Assembly (NCBI GenBank): GCA_964016885.1
Contig: OZ024742.1
Coordinates: 239,134,001-239,198,000, forward strand
DNA length: 64,000 nt
Direction: 5' to 3'
From: Eledone cirrhosa
Lineage: Eukaryota
Shown: positions 1 to 11,497 of the stretch, piece by piece
Position numbering within the stretch: position 1 is the first letter of the stretch
How the letters are laid out: every line of letters begins with the position of its first letter
Made by a program: the position numbers and the translations under genes
Notes under the pieces: generated by a model
What the model saw: the letters and a program-made list of their open reading frames with translations, nothing else
Told to the model about the DNA's origin: nothing
Database searches by the model: none

Positions 1-15
1 TCATTAGGAATATAT

Positions 16-82
16 CTATCTATCTAAGGCGGGTAAAATTCCCGAGATCCATGGACGAGTTCTCTCCAGCGGTCTCTCCCTC
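16..82 (-). mobile_element. Extremely 5'-truncated (~67 bp) copy of the RTE/RTEX LINE also seen at 28736-29593
   Basis: 23-78 matches 28736-28791 (ORF end); (TAGA)n tail on the minus strand; flanked by the 11-bp direct repeat taggaatatat (5-15, 83-93), consistent with a TSD. Confidence 0.8.
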
Positions 83-779
83 TAGGAATATATATCTATA
101 TATATATATATATATATTAGAAAGTGAGGTTTTTTTACAAAATGAAAAATAACCGAGGTGTCCTACACAAGTGAAAGTATAAAGAAAAAAAGATGAAATC
201 GAAAATGCAACTGGAGTCTTATTTTTTTTTAAATATATATATTTATTTGGTTCCTTTACTGGTTTCGCAGTTCTTCTGCTTTTCAAAAGTAGAGTTGAGA
301 TGGAGGGTCTGTGGTTTTTCTCACATCTGGTTGGTCTTTGAATGTTACTTGTTTTATATGGAAAAAAGTGGCTTGAAACGCCAGGTTTTTAGAGAAGTAA
401 TTTGATTGGTTGGTCAATAAGCATAATGATTTTCGCACCAGTTCGCGTTACAAAGTTCTTCAAAAAGGGGGGGGGGCTCAGGTTGTTTTTTCATATATGA
501 GTGTTTGAATTTCTTTTTACTTAAAAAAAAGGGGCTCACAAAGGCTTTTTTTTATAAATGTAATTTGATTGGTTATAAATGAAATTATGGCTGTCACGTG
601 AACAAGTTCATTAAATTTCGCACCCGTATTTGGGAATTTATTTTGTAGCCTTTTAGAGAATTTTATGACAAACAAAAGATAATGGTCAAGAGAAATGGGA
701 TGGGAGAATTGTTCTGGTTCAGTGAATATGGTTAGTTCGCTGGGGTGTCAGAATTCAGATTTTCTATTGAAATAAAGAA

Positions 780-1125
780 AGTAAAGATATGTATGTTTAT
801 TTGTGTGCTTGTGTGTGTGTGTGTGTATAGGAAGATGATTCTATTAGTAGAAATGGGGGAGGGAGTTGTGTGTGTGTGTATATGGGTGTTATGTGTGTGT
901 GGGAGTATGTTAAGATGGAGAGAATATATATATTTTGTGCGTGTGTATATGTGTGTAGGAAAGTGATTCTATTAGTAGAAATGGGGGAGGGAGTTGTGTG
1001 TGTGTGGGGGGGGGGGGGGGGTTATGTGTGTGTGGGAGTATGGTTAGCATGTTAAGATGAAGAGAATATATATTGTGTATGTGTGTGTGTGTATGTGTGT
1101 AGGAAAATGATTCCGTTAGTAGGAA
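780..1125. repeat. Degenerate tandem repeat of about 130-145 bp containing (TG)n tracts
   Basis: aggaa(g/a)..gatt(c)..ttagtag recurs near 829, 957 and 1101. Confidence 0.6.
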
Positions 1126-1304
1126 TATTTTTGAATGGACATATTTTCCTTACTTATTCGTATTTGTTCTGTTGTATTGTCAGCGCAAACGTATGTTAAG
1201 GTTTATTTAGTTCGGGTTTTTATTTTCTGAAGTAGAAGGTGTTATGTGTGTGTGTGTGTGTCTGTTTGGATGGTTAGCATGTTATGGTGTTGACATAATG
1301 TATA

Positions 1305-2372
1305 TTAAACCATATTTAATGCTGGTCTATATTTTTGAATAAACATATTTTCCTTATTTATTCGTATTTGTTCTGTTGTATTGTCAGCGCAAAGGTAAAA
1401 TGGGAAGACTTGGAATTTGGGTGTCTTATTACTTGCGCATATGTCTAGATGTGCGCTTAGTGGTATCTGTCTCATAATTGTTGGATCTCGTAATTGTTGG
1501 CGATGAACTGTCATTCTGTTTCTGAGTGTGAGTTTAGTTTGTCCTATATAATTTTCATTGCATCCTTTACATTTAATGGCATAAATTAGATTTTTTGATG
1601 AGCAAGTGAAGTGATTTTTTACAGCAAAATTTTGTCCTGATTTAAATGTATACGTGTTGCCTTCAATGATGTGAGTGCAGGTTTCACATTAGAGCGACCA
1701 CATTTTTTGACAGTTGGTTGTGGGTTTGTGGTAGGTAATTTGGCATTGGTGAGTAATGTTTTCAGTGATTTCGGTTGTCTTTTGCTTTTGATTATTTTGT
1801 GTGTTTCAAGGGCTTTTTTCATTCTTGGGTCTTGTTTCAGTAGTGGGATGTTCTTGTGAATAGTGTTGTAAGCTTCCGCATTTCTTGGGTTCTGTGTTGA
1901 GATATATGATAGAATATTGGACGTACCTTGAATTTGTTTCTGTTTTTTTTAATTCATCAATGCCTATTGCTTTAGCCCTTTCTATTCCATTATTTATTAA
2001 TAATGGTGGGTACTGTCTTTCGAGTAGAATTTCCTTTGATTCTTGAAGTCTTTTATTTCGTGTTTCATAATTGGAGACAATTGTGCAAATTCTTCTTGCT
2101 AGGTTAAAAGGAATGTTCGTCTTCATGTGCTTTGGATGGTTGGAGGTGAATAGCAGGTATTGTTTAGAATCTGTTGGTTTGTAGTGTATGTCAGTTTCAA
2201 TATTTGTGTCTTTTTTTAAGATTAAGATGTCCAGAAATGGGAGTTGATCTTGGCTGTATTCCATTGTGAATTGGATGTGGTTATTGATGCCGTTTATTAA
2301 GTTTTTGAAATCATTCAGTTGGTCGAGTGTGTGGGACCAAAGAATGAGACAATCATCCAAGTAGCGTTTCCA
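1305..2372 (-). mobile_element. Penelope-like retroelement (probably Neptune-type), 5'-truncated RT plus GIY-YIG endonuclease, frameshifted
   Basis: RYLDDCLILW, LPFLDILI, YKPTDSKQYL and HPKHMKTNIP (PLE RT/thumb); Cys-rich linker KCGRSN; FTCSSKNLIYAIKCKGCNENYIGQT (GIY-YIG); terminal PALN. Confidence 0.92.
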
Positions 2373-3120
2373 CAGTGCGAGAGGGTCGGTGAGGTCGCAG
2401 TTGTGCAGCATAATAGCAAAAAGTTTTCGCAGCTGAGAAGGGACTTTAGCAGTTGCTGCTTCTTGCAGGATGAGGTGCCAATGGCTGTCATCGTGTAACT
2501 TACCACGTATCTGGCAAGCCAAATGGTAAGTGGAACATTGATGGCCATTGATGGTTCTCAGATCTTGGAAAGACTGTGGTCCTCTAACCTCGAACAGTAA
2601 CAATGACGATAAGCCGTCTGTGCTTTCGTGAAATAAATAGGTTTTTCTTTTTGTGTATGCAAAAATATCTGTACATGAATATATATATTAAAATAACAGA
2701 TTAAAGTTTAAGCAAAGAATCGCTGCTTTCACCCTTAACGGGATCTTCTGAAACTAAAAAAAAACGTCTGTGAACGTAGAAGTAAATATTTCGAAAAACG
2801 TTATCTAATGCAGACAGTCAGAGACATATTATAAGGGCGCTACGTTATAGCTATGTATCTATCTAAAGAGACAGACTAAGAAAAAGAGGGGAATGTTGTG
2901 CGACGTCATAAGAAAAAGTGAGGAATGATGTATAACCGGAAGTGTTGACATTTGAAATTTTAAAGAAATGAATATTTAAATAATGTCTTTAATCTTTTAA
3001 CAAAATTCACTTTTTTACTTGGAAAAAGTTACATCTATGGTGCAAATTTGGTGCTGTTTGATCCAGCCATTTGGTGGAAAGTTTGTTACTTACATACGCC
3101 CATCAGCTTTATAGTATAGA
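2373..3120 (-). mobile_element. Helitron remnant: RepHel fragment (2373-2603) with a probable 5' TC end at 3120
   Basis: LLFEVRGPQSFQDLRTINGHQCSTYHLAC...EAA..KVPSQLRKLFAIML...DPLALW is the typical Helitron Rep-helicase linker; minus strand reads A|TCTATACTATAAAG at 3120. Confidence 0.75.
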
Positions 3121-3271
3121 TAAATTAAGATATAGATTTGGAAAGCATTCTAATATATAAATGTATGTAATTCTGGAAAATAATTGTTTAATTATTCATG
3201 TTTCTATATTCATTTTTATTTTATTTTATTGTATTGTGTTATAAATAATATTAATAATTGTGAAGTATTAA

Positions 3272-3447
3272 TCGGTAGAGGGTCGGATGCCATGCTTTGA
3301 CGTATAGAGTTACGGCCCTTGCCATTCTGAGTTCAAATCCCGCCGAGGTTAACTTTGCCTTTCATCCTTACGGGGTCGATAAAATAAAGTACCAGTAATG
3401 CCCTGGGTAATTGCTGGTCTTGTGCCAAAAGTAGAAACAATTATTAT
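3272..3447 (+). mobile_element. tRNA-derived SINE, family B (other copies at about 12415-12490 +, 17815-17915 -, 21601-21728 +, 47683-47875 +)
   Basis: B-box-like gagttcaaatccc, shared body ttaactttgcctttcatccttacggggtcgataaaataaagtaccag and tail gtgccaaaagtagaaacaattatt in five copies. Confidence 0.85.
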
Positions 3448-3788
3448 ATGGAAAGCGTGATACTTATGTTTTCCTGTTCTACTTATTTTTCTATTTATAT
3501 AGTTAACATAAAATTGACTAACTACTGTCCTCCTTATTTCTGGTCAATATACACACATATATTCTCATGTAATATTGCTTCTAATTTTTAATCACGTGTC
3601 TGTTAATGTATGGATGTACAGAAGTACAACATTTTGATATACTGTTTTTAATATACTGCTTCTGCTTTGCTGTTGCTTTTGATTGCGCTTGTGATTTGCA
3701 TTGTATTAATTGGTATGGTATGAACCTGATGCGTTGATGGAGTTACCTCATGTATGTAATATAGTTGAAACTTCATACAATATCCAAA

Positions 3789-3873
3789 CTCCTGAAGATA
3801 TGTAGAACAATGGACAAATACCTCGCATGTATCACAGTATGTCCCACTGCTCTACAGTGAAACATATGTAGAA
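3789..3873 (+). ncRNA. Minimal hammerhead ribozyme motif with long stem II and weak stem I
   Basis: CTGAAGA 3792-3798; stem II tgtaga/tctaca; GAAA 3859-3862; palindromic stem III ACATATGT; GUA triplet. Confidence 0.5.
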
Positions 3874-4107
3874 TAAAGATATGTTTTAAGTATGACTTGG
3901 TTTTTCTCTCTATTAATAAGTTTTGAGCTCTGAACCTCATAGCCTAACAGCCTACAACAGAATCTCCAACAGCTGAGAAAATCCTCAGCTGATTTTGAAT
4001 TACTGCTGTATCAAGGAAACTGGATAGCATCGAGCTTCTCTCATCTTTACCAGGATCTATATTGGAAAACCCCAATATCACTATATATTATATATATATA
4101 TAATTAT

Positions 4108-4671
4108 TGCAAAAGCTGGTGCAGTAATGTGCCAGCTTCAGCATTCAGTAATCAGAAGAAGGGAGGTAGGCATAAGAGTCAAACTCGATAACTTCAATTT
4201 GGTTTCCGTGTCAACACTTACCTATGATCATGAATCTTGGGTAATGACCAAAAGAATATGATTGCGAATACAAGCGGCCAAAATAGGATTCCTCTGAAGG
4301 GTCTTTGGAGTAAGGTTACTCAATAAAATGCATACCTTGGAGATCAGAGAATCAGTCCAGGTAGAGCCGCTACTTCTCTGAATTGAGGGATCACAGCTCC
4401 GATACTATGAGCATGTAGTTAGAATGTCTCAGGGAAGAATCATTGGACAGATTTTATGGGCAAAACTAACCAACAAGAGATCCAGGGGTAGACTCCGAGC
4501 AAGATGGTTAGATAACATTCATGAGCTTGGCTGGTGATGCTTGGGGATCCAGTCAGATAAGTTGGAGTCAGTTGCTTCTGACAAGACCCGCTGGAAGGAG
4601 TATTTGAGGACTCTGCTCGCAAGACCCTCTCAGAAATAAGTTGATGAAGAAGTAGAAGAAGAAAAAGAAGA
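4108..4671 (+). mobile_element. Decayed RTE-clade LINE 3' fragment with (GAA)n-like tail
   Basis: Remnant motifs TLTY.HESW, IQAA.IGFL, QLRYYEHVVRM and GR.RARWLDNI; homologous to 18470-19400 (-). Confidence 0.8.
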
Positions 4672-4834
4672 AGATATAGATACATACATAGGTTGGTGTT
4701 ATAGATATAGATACATACATAGGTTGGTGTTAGGAAGGGCATCCAGCTGTAGAAATCAAGCCAGAATCAGTTCCCGTCCCACCCTTGCAAACAGGGAAAA
4801 GCGGACGTAAAATGAAATGATGATGATGATGAAA

Positions 4835-4869
<35 letters not shown>

Positions 4870-4981
4870 TAAAAGGAATTCCAACTTTGTCTGATTTACT
4901 CGTTTTATTTACAATCCTTTCAAATTTATAATGGTATTAGAATGAAATAGTATGGTAGAATATTAAATGTTAAGTGTTAAT

Positions 4982-5020
4982 TGAACAAGTACTTTCATGC
5001 TTTCGCAATCTTCAGGTTCA
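4982..5020 (-). ncRNA. Minimal type-I hammerhead ribozyme motif
   Basis: Minus strand tgaac-CTGAAGA-t-tgc-gaaa-gca-t-GAAA-gtac-TT-gttca: stem I tgaac/gttca, GNRA-capped stem II, palindromic stem III. Confidence 0.7.
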
Positions 5021-5067
5021 TAATGTGTGGTGACAGTCAAGTTTGCAAATAAACACCTGTGTATATT

Positions 5068-5112
<45 letters not shown>

Positions 5113-5388
5113 TAAAACATGTCTATAGAATCGCCAGATAAAATATATACTGTTTCCTCACCCGATTAGTATAATTAACCATATAAAAAATCAATTAGAC
5201 CAAGCTATAAGAATAAAGGCTCCTATGAAGAAATCTCCGACAAATAACCGAAAGCAGCCCCTTCGTAGCGGTTACGACGGATTATTTATCGAATATTTCT
5301 ACAGCATGTATAAATCGACCAGATATACAGTCAACTAAACAGAATTAGGTGTAAAATAAACTAGAAGAAAAGTGTACATATTTAATTA

Positions 5389-5464
5389 CCTCTACCATGG
5401 TTTCATCCGCATTTTAAGACATCCGATAACATGGGATATCTAGAGCTTCGGATTCTTCAGGAAG
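5389..5464 (-). ncRNA. Minimal type-I hammerhead ribozyme motif with extended stem II
   Basis: Minus strand cttc-CTGAAGA-atccg...cggat-GAAA-ccatg-GTA-gagg; stem III palindrome ACCATGGT. Confidence 0.75.
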
Positions 5465-5721
5465 TTAGCTCAAATTTAGACAATTAATTTTCCAAAGTGA
5501 TCGCTCCAAGAATACATTAAAAAATGGCTAAGAATCGTGACGTGGCAGCGGTCAAGTTAGAAAGGATGTGATTAGTTGCTTACGGCTGGTAGGCTTTTTG
5601 CTAGAAAGCGCAGCCCAATACAGCCAAAATTGTATCTCAACCTAACGGGAGATTATTACATATAAAGGTTTACATATATATATATATAAAGCCATAAATA
5701 TATATGTGTTTTGCAACGGGT

Positions 5722-5758
<37 letters not shown>

Positions 5759-6018
5759 CCCGTTAAGGGTGAAAGCAGTGAACCCTGATCTATAGATTGA
5801 TGCAATGAAATAATTTGTTGATCAGGATATTAAAAGTATTGGATTTTAAATCAGATGGATGAACTTTGTCTAATGATAGACATTTGACCTGATATATTTA
5901 TATCAATTTCAAAGATCTAATTTTTGAGAAGGAAAGCTATATACTTCTTTTCAAGTGGCTTTAAAAATATAGTAAATATTTTTAAACATTATTATGGACA
6001 TATATATATATATATATA

Positions 6019-7278
6019 CAGGGTGCGGACGATATTTGTTCGCAAGATTACTGTCTATGAAAAAATAACACAGTAGTTTTATTTTTTAAGATATATTTAT
6101 CAAACTTGGGGCAGTTTGTCTTCATGACTTGTTCTTTTGATCTCACTCAATAAACTCGCCATTGGCTTTGATGACGGCCTCAAGGCGGCCTTGGAACTAG
6201 CTACAAGCCTTCGTCACTGTCCCCCAACTTAGGCCCCTAAAGGCACTTGTGATCCTGGCCTTCAGATTGTCTTTCGTATTGCAGCTAGATCTGTTGGTGT
6301 CTCGTTCCACTGCGCCCCACACAAAAAAGTCGAGGGGGTTGCAGTCAGGCGAGCTGGGAGGCCAGATGTCAGGTGAAGTGTGGTTGACGAAGTTCTCTGA
6401 CAGCCAGGCTGACGTACGGCCTACCTGCAGCTACCTAGTCGATCCAGGGCTTTACTACCTCGCTCAGAACACGGATGTAGCCATCGGTGTTCAGCTTGAG
6501 GCCCTCAGGGAAGAAGTGAGGTGGCATGACGTCACCTTGACTGCTGACGACACCTAAGACCAATGTTGTCACTGGAAACTTTGTCTGCATGACTCTGGGC
6601 ACGTCTTTGGATGAGACAGCGAGCCACCTGTTGTTCTGGGAGTTGATCTTCTGGTCCTGGCAGAAGTTTTTCTCGTCGGAGAAAAACCACAGCATGTCTG
6701 GCTCCAGTGGGTGTTTCAACTTGTTGATCAGCTTCTTTGCGTGCTTCAGTCACTTTGCTTGCATCGCCTTTGACAGAAATTGTTCTTTCCTCATCTTGTA
6801 TGAAACGTAGCGAATGTCTTCATGTACCACAAGCCTAATGAGCTTTTCATCCACGCCTTTCTCCCTTGCAATTGCACGCATTGACTTGCTAGGTTCATTG
6901 TTGATGATATCCTGAACTTCAGCGATGAACTCGGGCGTTCTGAAGGTGTCAGATTGTCGATCATGTGTTTTCCTCTCTGATGTTGCTTCGTAGTCGAATC
7001 CTGAATCTTCCAATTCCTTTTCGACCTTTTCCACCATTCTCCTGCTGACGGTGAGAAAGTCTGAAATTTCCTTATTTGTACTCCCGGCGCGGATTCCAAG
7101 AAGAACTCCATGTCTCTTCCACAAATTTGGAGGTTCAAAATTATTCATAATCAATTATTCTGAAAATAAATAATGGAAATATAGTCACTGTTTTTACGAA
7201 GACAAGAGTGACAACGGAAGTAAAAAAAATTTGCATAAAATTAGCAGTTGAAAATTGCGAACAAATATCGTCCACACC

Positions 7279-7281
<3 letters not shown>
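6019..7281 (-). mobile_element. Tc1/mariner DNA transposon (maT/DD37D-like) with both TIRs; transposase pseudogene
   Basis: 27-bp TIRs cagggtg(c/t)ggacgatatttgttcgcaa (6019-6045, 7255-7281); inserted in (TA)n; HTH region, WFFSDEKNF and WPPSSPDCNPLDFFVW; stop at 6750 and the second catalytic Asp region appears deleted. Confidence 0.93.
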
Positions 7282-7341
<60 letters not shown>

Positions 7342-7418
7342 TAATTGTCTCTAAAACATCTCAATGAAAGGATAATATATATTTATAAATCATCTACTCA
7401 AAGAAGTAATATAATATA

Positions 7419-7880
7419 TTAAAACTTAGCCAAAATCTCTTTTTGTGGGGATATAAGCTACATCAACTAAAATAAGTCAGTTTTACTTATAGAGTTCTCC
7501 AACCATGGTTTCTGTAATTTGCTCCATCATTCTTTAGCTGATTTAGTTTTTGACTGCTATTTCCAGTGTTAATATAAACCTGTTATGTTGTCTTAATACA
7601 TTGAGTAGGATATATAGTAATTTAACAAAACAAGATGTCAGACACCATGCAGTTGGCAACAACATGGTATGTATGAAAAAATATATTCAAGTTCTCTTAC
7701 TCCAAAGAATTATCCCCTTGAAGGAATTGTAATTCTTCCACTATTGGTTATTCCAATGTCTTGACATGGTCAATATTGTTTTTGGAATTCCAGAAACCAT
7801 GTTTGGGGAACTTAATTTATTTTAGTTGATCTAGTTTATATCCTATCCCTCCTCACAAGAGATTTTGGCTTAAGTTTTAA
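7419..7880. repeat. Fold-back element with inverted arms (~7419-7515 / 7791-7880) and a decayed hammerhead-like motif (7714-7808 +)
   Basis: ttaaaacttagccaaaatctc...caaccatggtttctg is the inverse of cagaaaccatgtttgg...gagattttggcttaagttttaa; the block is bounded by (TA)n. Confidence 0.65.
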
Positions 7881-7904
7881 AAAAATATATATATATATAA
7901 CGAG

Positions 7905-8142
7905 TAAAGTCTCCCTTTGGTCACAAATGACTATGGGATTTGCACTTAGAAAGTTCCCTTTCTAGGCACATGTCCGGGCAAAGTTGTTTATGGAAGACCA
8001 GTAGTCGTCCATGTATACCAGTCTCCCCTATCCATGTCACCAATGTTGTCCAAGGGAAAAGCAAAGGCCAATACAACTCAACACCAGTGACATTGCAACT
8101 CATTTCTACAGCCGAGTAAACTGGAGCAACATGAAATAAAGT
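7905..8142 (-). mobile_element. 5'-truncated SINE sharing the central domain of family A but with a different 3' part
   Basis: catttctacagccgagtaaactggagcaa..tgaaataaagt matches the family A core. Confidence 0.65.
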
Positions 8143-8155
8143 ATATATATATATA

Positions 8156-8680
8156 CTAGCCGAATTATCCGCGCCTTGCTGCGTTTCACACATTTTTGGG
8201 GGTAAGAAAATGATGATTGATTTTAAATCAGTGATATAATTTATGGAGGAAAACTCTGCATTTCAATATTACTCAATGTAAAATGTAATGGATGAAAAAT
8301 TGGAAAAAACATTATTTTTGTAATATATCAAATCAAAATTACATTATTAAATCTTATTCGTATTTTGTTTCTTGTAAATAATTTTTTTCAAAATATCAAT
8401 TCAAAACTTGATCATTTCATTTTTATGTAAAGCATTATTTTATTTGGGCTTCCAAAATTTTCACTATAGGGGGTTTAACTGCCATTAGGGTGTCTTAATA
8501 TTATTGAAATTTGCTGAAATTTTGTGAATGGGCATCATATCTTATCATTTACCTATGGTTTAAATTTCATATAAATCGAAAGGAAAAAGTTTTCAGCGGG
8601 GGTTTGTGCCCCCAGGGAACCCTTTGATTAAAATGAAATATATTTATCCAAGTAAATCCTTATAGTTTTGATGCTATATA
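8156..8680 (-). mobile_element. Non-autonomous Helitron; 3' end at 8156, 5' limit uncertain
   Basis: Minus strand GC-rich hairpin cgcagcaaggcgcgg followed by CTAG|T. Confidence 0.55.
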
Positions 8681-8888
8681 TATATGTAAATATAGTATAT
8701 AGTATCATCATTATCATCACCGTTCAGCATCCATTTTCCATCCTTGCATGGATTAGATGGGTTGTCTACATCATGAGACTTGTCTGGCCGACGGGACTGT
8801 AAGTTTATATATACACATATATATATGGAATGTAGAGAAGTGACACACGAGTTGATATATATAAAAATAAAATGAGTAAAACAGAAAA

Positions 8889-9243
8889 AAACAGTAGAAA
8901 ATGCTGAAGGGAATTTTCTCTCAGAATAAGGTCAAAACATTTATTTACAAAATTGGAATTTCCGCATTTAATTGTACCGATTTCAGCTTGTACGCTTTTT
9001 CAACGATGGAAGTGTATAATGCAATTAAATTGCATATTAATAAGAATAATAAGAATATGGGGGAAAAAAATTTGTTTTTACATACATATTTAGCGAGAAA
9101 AGTTCACATTTTTGTCTGTAGTTTTCTTTCTTTCTCTCTTACTAAGCTGAAACCGGTACAATTAAATACAAAAATTCCTATTTTGTAAATAAATGTTTTG
9201 ATGTTATTCTCAGAGAAAATCCCTTCAGCATTTTCTACTGTTT
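8889..9243. repeat. Fold-back element with ~100-bp inverted arms (~8889-8988 / 9144-9243)
   Basis: aacagtagaaaatgctgaaggga.ttttctct.agaataa is inverted at 9205-9243; the right arm carries GAAACCGGTA, a hammerhead 3' half. Confidence 0.75.
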
Positions 9244-9539
9244 TATTCTTTTTTACTAATTATATATATATATATAAAGTATGTTCAAATAGTATGTGTA
9301 ACAACAGTTTGTATATTTGTTATTTATATGTGTGTATGTGACTGGCAACGGTTCTCACTTCCCACCCACCTGCCCCATCTCCACCACATTCGGTATACAT
9401 GTCCGACGCTGTATGCTAACCACTCCCTCGTGAATATATCATAGAACAGACAAGCGGCGGACGGAGGCTCCGTAAGTCGCAATGTAGGCCACGCGTCTAG
9501 GAGAGTTACCACTCCGAATAAATTGGTGCGGGGTAGAGA

Positions 9540-10148
9540 AGTCCCCTAAGTCCAGTAAGACAACTTCCCTAGTGCTGGGGGTACGAATAAAAACACCCAG
9601 TCCATGCTGTAAAATGGAGGTGTAGATAGGGCCCCTGAGTCCAGTAAGACGACTTTTCTAGTGCTGGTGGCACGAATAAAAGCACCCAGTCCATGCTGTA
9701 AAGTGGAGGGGTGGTTAGGGCCCCTGAGTCCAGTAAGACGACCTCTCTAGTGCTGGTGGCACGAATAAAAGCACCTAGTCCATGATGTAAAATGGAAGGG
9801 TAAAGAGGGCCCCTGAGTCCAGTAAGACAACCTCTCTAGTGCTGGTGGCACGAATAAAAGCACCTAGTCCATGATGTAAAATGGAAGGGTAAAGAGGGCC
9901 CCTGAGTCCAGTAAGACAACCTCTCTAGTGCTGGTGGCACGAATAAAAGCACCTAGTCCATGATGTAAAATGGAAGGGTAAAGAGGGCCCGTGAGTCCAG
10001 TAAGACAACCTCTCTAGTGCTGGTGGCACGAATAAAAGCACCTAGTCCATGATGTAAAATGGAAGGGTAAAGAGGGCCCCTGAGTCCAGTAAGACAACCT
10101 CTCTAGTGCTGGTGGCACGAATAAAAGCACCTAGTCCATGCTGTAAAG
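9540..10148 (+). repeat. Tandem array of ~6.8 copies of an 89-bp unit in the 5' UTR of an RTE LINE
   Basis: gggccc(c/g)tgagtccagtaagac starts at 9629, 9718, 9807, 9896, 9985 and 10074 (exact 89-bp period). Confidence 0.95.
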
Positions 10149-10196
10149 TGGTGCTGGTGGAAGGGCATCCAACCAGTATAATAAAAAGCCAAAATT

Positions 10197-11095
10197 ATGA
10201 GCACAACAAATAAGAATTGCAGCAACTGCGTCAACAGCAATAACACTAACCATGTTAGGGCTGCGCACGGTAGTGGGGTGGCTCGTGCAGCTATGTGCGA
10301 GAACCCCCCGACCATCATCAAGCAATCTCACAAAAACAACTGCGTAATCAGCAATAACACTAACCATGTTAAGGCTGCGCACGGTAGTGGGGTGGCTAGT
10401 GTGGCCATGTGTGACAACCCCACGACCATCATCAAGCAATCGCACAGCAGGAAAAAGAACAGGATGTTGCATCTCAGAGTTGCCACACTTAATGTTGGCA
10501 CTCTAACAGGTAGATCTGGTGAGATAGTGGAGATGCTGGAGAGAAAGCATGTGGATGTGTGTTGTGTGCAAGAGGTGAGATGGAGAGGTGCTTCTGCAAG
10601 ACTAATCATAGTCAAACAGTGTAGTTATAAGCTTTTCTGGGTGGGTAATGATGATGGGTTAGGTGGGGTGGACATATTACTGGGGTACATGGTGGGCACG
10701 GTTACGGCTCAAGAAATGAAGAAGTAGTGAGGCTTCTTGAATTTTGTGATGCAAATACACTAACCATTTGCAACACTAACTTTCAGAAGCCTACCAACCA
10801 CCTAATAACCTACAAATCAGGTGAGCACATAAGCCAGATCGACTTCCTGCTGGTTAGACAGCGAGACAGACGGATAGTGTCAAATACTAAGCATAGGTTA
10901 GTTGTTAGTGACATCTCAGTAAGCAAGAGAAAGAATGAGACATACAGGAAGGTGTGGAGAAGAAAGGTCTGGAAGCTAAAAGACCTTTCATTAAAATATA
11001 AATTTAGCAAAGCCCTTCAAGATGCGTATGACGAAAAAGAAGACAATTTAGAGTTGTATGACATAGATGATAACTGGAATTTCTTGCGTGACAGT
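10197..11095 (+). mobile_element. RTE LINE 5' part encoding AP endonuclease (internally deleted), preceded by an in-frame 114-bp duplication
   Basis: LRVATLNVGTLTGRSGEIVEMLERKHVDVCCVQEVRWRG, LLEFC...ICNTNF, SQIDFLLV, HRLVVSD; duplicate units start at 10224 and 10338. Confidence 0.9.
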
Positions 11096-11346
11096 GTTGA
11101 ACAAACGAGCAACGATGGTTGCTAGACACTACGGCTATATACGGGTTATTTGTTTACAAACACACCGAGCCTTATAATAAATGTTCGGTAAATCCATACG
11201 TACATATATATATGTGTGCATGTATGTATATATATATATACATACTACTGTACGTCTGTATACATATATGTATGTACGTGTACATACTTATATTTAAGTA
11301 ACAGCCGTACTAAGAGTGGGAAATGAAATTTCGTTTCATTTTTTCC

Positions 11347-11388
<42 letters not shown>

Positions 11389-11497
11389 CGAAGGAAATGT
11401 GGTAAGGAACCAGGTGGACCATAACGTCCAGAATTAGCCGTCGAAACGGCTTGAGCTCAGCCGTCGGGGTCCTACTCGTTCCTATATATATATATAT

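Noticed and set aside
9540-10148. CRISPR-like regular array
   Set aside because: Whole 89-bp units repeat with no unique spacers; eukaryotic LINE context and no cas genes.
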